A stretch of 61,981 nt of DNA, the filler included. It is 13 parts of 13 records of this genome, joined end to end, with 100 filler letters (N's around TTAATTAATTAA, not from the genome) between each part and the next. Parts side by side here need not be neighbours in the genome. Positions count along the whole stretch, not along the records: positions 58,954 to 61,981 come from SRR7504441_27675; 12 more parts are not named here. One strand, written 5' to 3'. Each line of letters starts with the position of its first letter. Position 1 is the stretch's first letter. The notes under the pieces were generated by a model. That model saw only the letters and a list, made by a program, of their open reading frames with translations, ran no database searches and was not told where the DNA came from. Below, one piece after another: positions 59,962 to 61,981 of the stretch. A program made the translations under genes and the position numbers.

Positions 59962-61837
59962 ATGCCGCTGCTCGCGACCGCGGTTCTGTTGCTGGCGCTC
60001 GCGCAGGCTCCGCTGACTGTGCTGGCGGCCCCTCGCCCCAACATCGTGTTGGTGGTGGCCGACGGTCTGCTGTGTGATCGGGCGGGGCTGACCCGGCCGG
60101 CAGACCTCGGATACGACGACCTCGGGCACCACTCGGTGCTCGGCAACAACGGCCGGACGATCAGCCCGAGCATCGACAGGCTGATCGACCAGGGCGTGGC
60201 CCTCGAGGAGTACTACACTTTTAAAGTGTGCTCGCCCTCCCGTGCCTCCCTGCTCACCGGTCGATACCCCTGGTGCCCCGCGCCCCGCCCCGCCGGACTG
60301 CGGTTTCAGGGGCGCCGGGTTTTACGATATGAGCGACGATGGTAACCACTGCACCGACCAGTTCAAGCTGCTGCCGGCGCTGCTGAGAGAGCAAGGCTAC
60401 ACGACCCACGCGCTAGGGAAGGTGGGCCGGACCCGGGGGCGCGCTGAGGCTCGGGGTACAGTGGGATGTAGGATCGATTGTGGAGCGCTGCACCGCCACG
60501 CGGAGCGGGTTCGACTCGTGGCTGGGCTACTATGAAGCCTGCCTGTCGGACTATTGGTACCACTGGAGCCCCAACCAGTGTGACCAGCAGGGGCCTTACG
60601 TGGACCTATCCAACTCGAGCACCACTCAGATACGCAAGAGCAGCCCTACCCTGAACGGGACGTACAATGCGCATATTTTCACCCAAGAAGCCGTGCGCAT
60701 AATTGAGGCCAAGGCCGCTCAGCACAGCCCATTCTTTATGTATTTGGCATACCAGAACGTGCACCTCGCCTGCGGATCTGCTCCCGGAAATGTGGCTGTC
60801 AGGAGCGGTAAGCATCATGGCCTACAGGCGCCGTGCGCCACCGCTGCGTTGTATGGGACTCAGCCTTCGGACACAGTCAAACTGCAGGGCGCCATGGTCA
60901 CTGAGCTCGATTTCGGGCTTGGAAACGTGACCGGTGCTCTCATAAGAACAGGCCTCTGGAACAACACTGTGCTTGTTTTGGTCTCCGATAACGGCGCCCA
61001 GCTCGACCACGGCTACAACGCGCCGCTGAAAGGGGGGAAGCACACCTTTTGGGAAGGCGGCCTGAGAGTAGTCTCGTTTGTATCGTCGCCGCTGATCCCG
61101 GAATCGCGGCGAGGCAAGCGGCTGAATGGGATGGCGCACAGCAGCGACTGGTATGCGACTTTCATCGAGGGCCTGGCTGGCGGCAACACAAGCAACAGTG
61201 GCCCTCGTGAAAGTGATGGGCACAATCTGTGGCCGGCTATAATCAGCGGCGGCGAGTCTCCTCGCAAGGAAGTTGTTCACCAGGTGCGCGCTGTAGATGG
61301 CTTGGCTGTTACTCAGTCTCTGTCCAGGTAGACAACAGCCACTTCCATGCCCAAGATGGCGACTCTTTCATCAACGGAGTCAAAGTGAGCAGCGGCAATT
61401 GTGACGGCAGCTGCGGGGTCGCTATACGAATGGGCAATTGGAAGCTGATCGTCGGACACCCTGGTGACAAGAGGATGCTGAGATTCCCCAGCCCATCCAA
61501 CACCTCAACAGCGTTCGGATTGACAGGAGGGGAGCGCGAAGCTGGGACCGATCACTGCCGGGCCCTGGACGGGCACACTCAGACGAATCCTGAGCGCGGA
61601 ACATACCTTTTCGACTTGTCCACTGACTTGAGTGAGACGAACAATCTCGCTCACGACCCGGCGAACGCCAAGCTGATTCGGTCGATGAAGGCTCGGTTGG
61701 AGGAAGCTGGCCGGGACGGGCCTCCACCGGCCTATGTGTTCAGCAACCAAGATGACGAGGCCAAGGGCAAGCAAGCGCAGTGTGATGTCACACAAAACGT
61801 GGGGTATTTAGAGCCAGGTGATTTGCAAGTGATTTGA
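59962..61837 (+). CDS. Secreted formylglycine-dependent sulfatase (arylsulfatase B-like, S1)
   Basis: Signal peptide; PNIVLVVADDLGYDD, CSPSRASLLTG, GYTTHALGKW, SDNG, N.PLKGGK..FWEGGLRV, H.SDW..T, LFDLSTDLSE..NLA. Confidence 0.95.
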
Positions 61838-61981
61838 ACTAGACGTCGCTTAATATTATGAGTACATACGTACCGTACCTACGTACCTATACCATACCGT
61901 TCGACGAGTATAGCGGCGTTTGAGTGCTCGTTGAAGAGCTGGGAGACTCCTCTAAACAACCACGGCCTTTATTACGCCCAG

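Noticed and set aside
1-61981. Stop-codon reassignment or programmed frameshifting to explain broken ORFs
   Set aside because: Every break I checked is resolved by a GT/GC-AG mini-intron, and TAA, TAG and TGA all terminate genes.

Overview
Eukaryotic nuclear DNA. The window is 13 short contigs joined by artificial 100-nt N-TTAATTAATTAA-N linkers, so adjacency across linkers is not biological. It comes from a gene-dense, GC-rich protist (lineage not assignable by eye) using the standard genetic code, with many tiny (~35-46 nt) spliceosomal introns, often GC-AG, with G-rich rather than pyrimidine-rich acceptors. Recognisable genes: CCDC25, an F-box protein, AKAP17A-like, glyoxalase-like, a degenerate myosin, CNOT2/NOT2, Mpv17/PMP22, two secreted beta-propeller glycosidase-like proteins, a truncated bestrophin, an ATXR3/SDG2-like SET protein, NBR1-like, POLR3H, a DUSP, a giant multi-p25alpha/TPPP protein, VPS26C, SPC25, an RLIG1-like RNA ligase, ZNHIT6, TMC, a zinc-ribbon protein and a sulfatase. 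Most notable: (1) head-to-head gene pairs with 27-131 bp between start codons, 7 of 8 containing the same TCCGTTR (YAACGGA, MYB/MSA-like) element; (2) a decayed bacteriophage fragment (scaffold C-terminus, RBS, major capsid N-terminus) in intergenic DNA at ~50.0-50.3 kb; (3) a degenerate duplicate of one bidirectional promoter, and a bestrophin 5' stub; (4) several apparent pseudo-enzymes and unusual domain architectures. All family assignments are from recalled motifs, not database searches.
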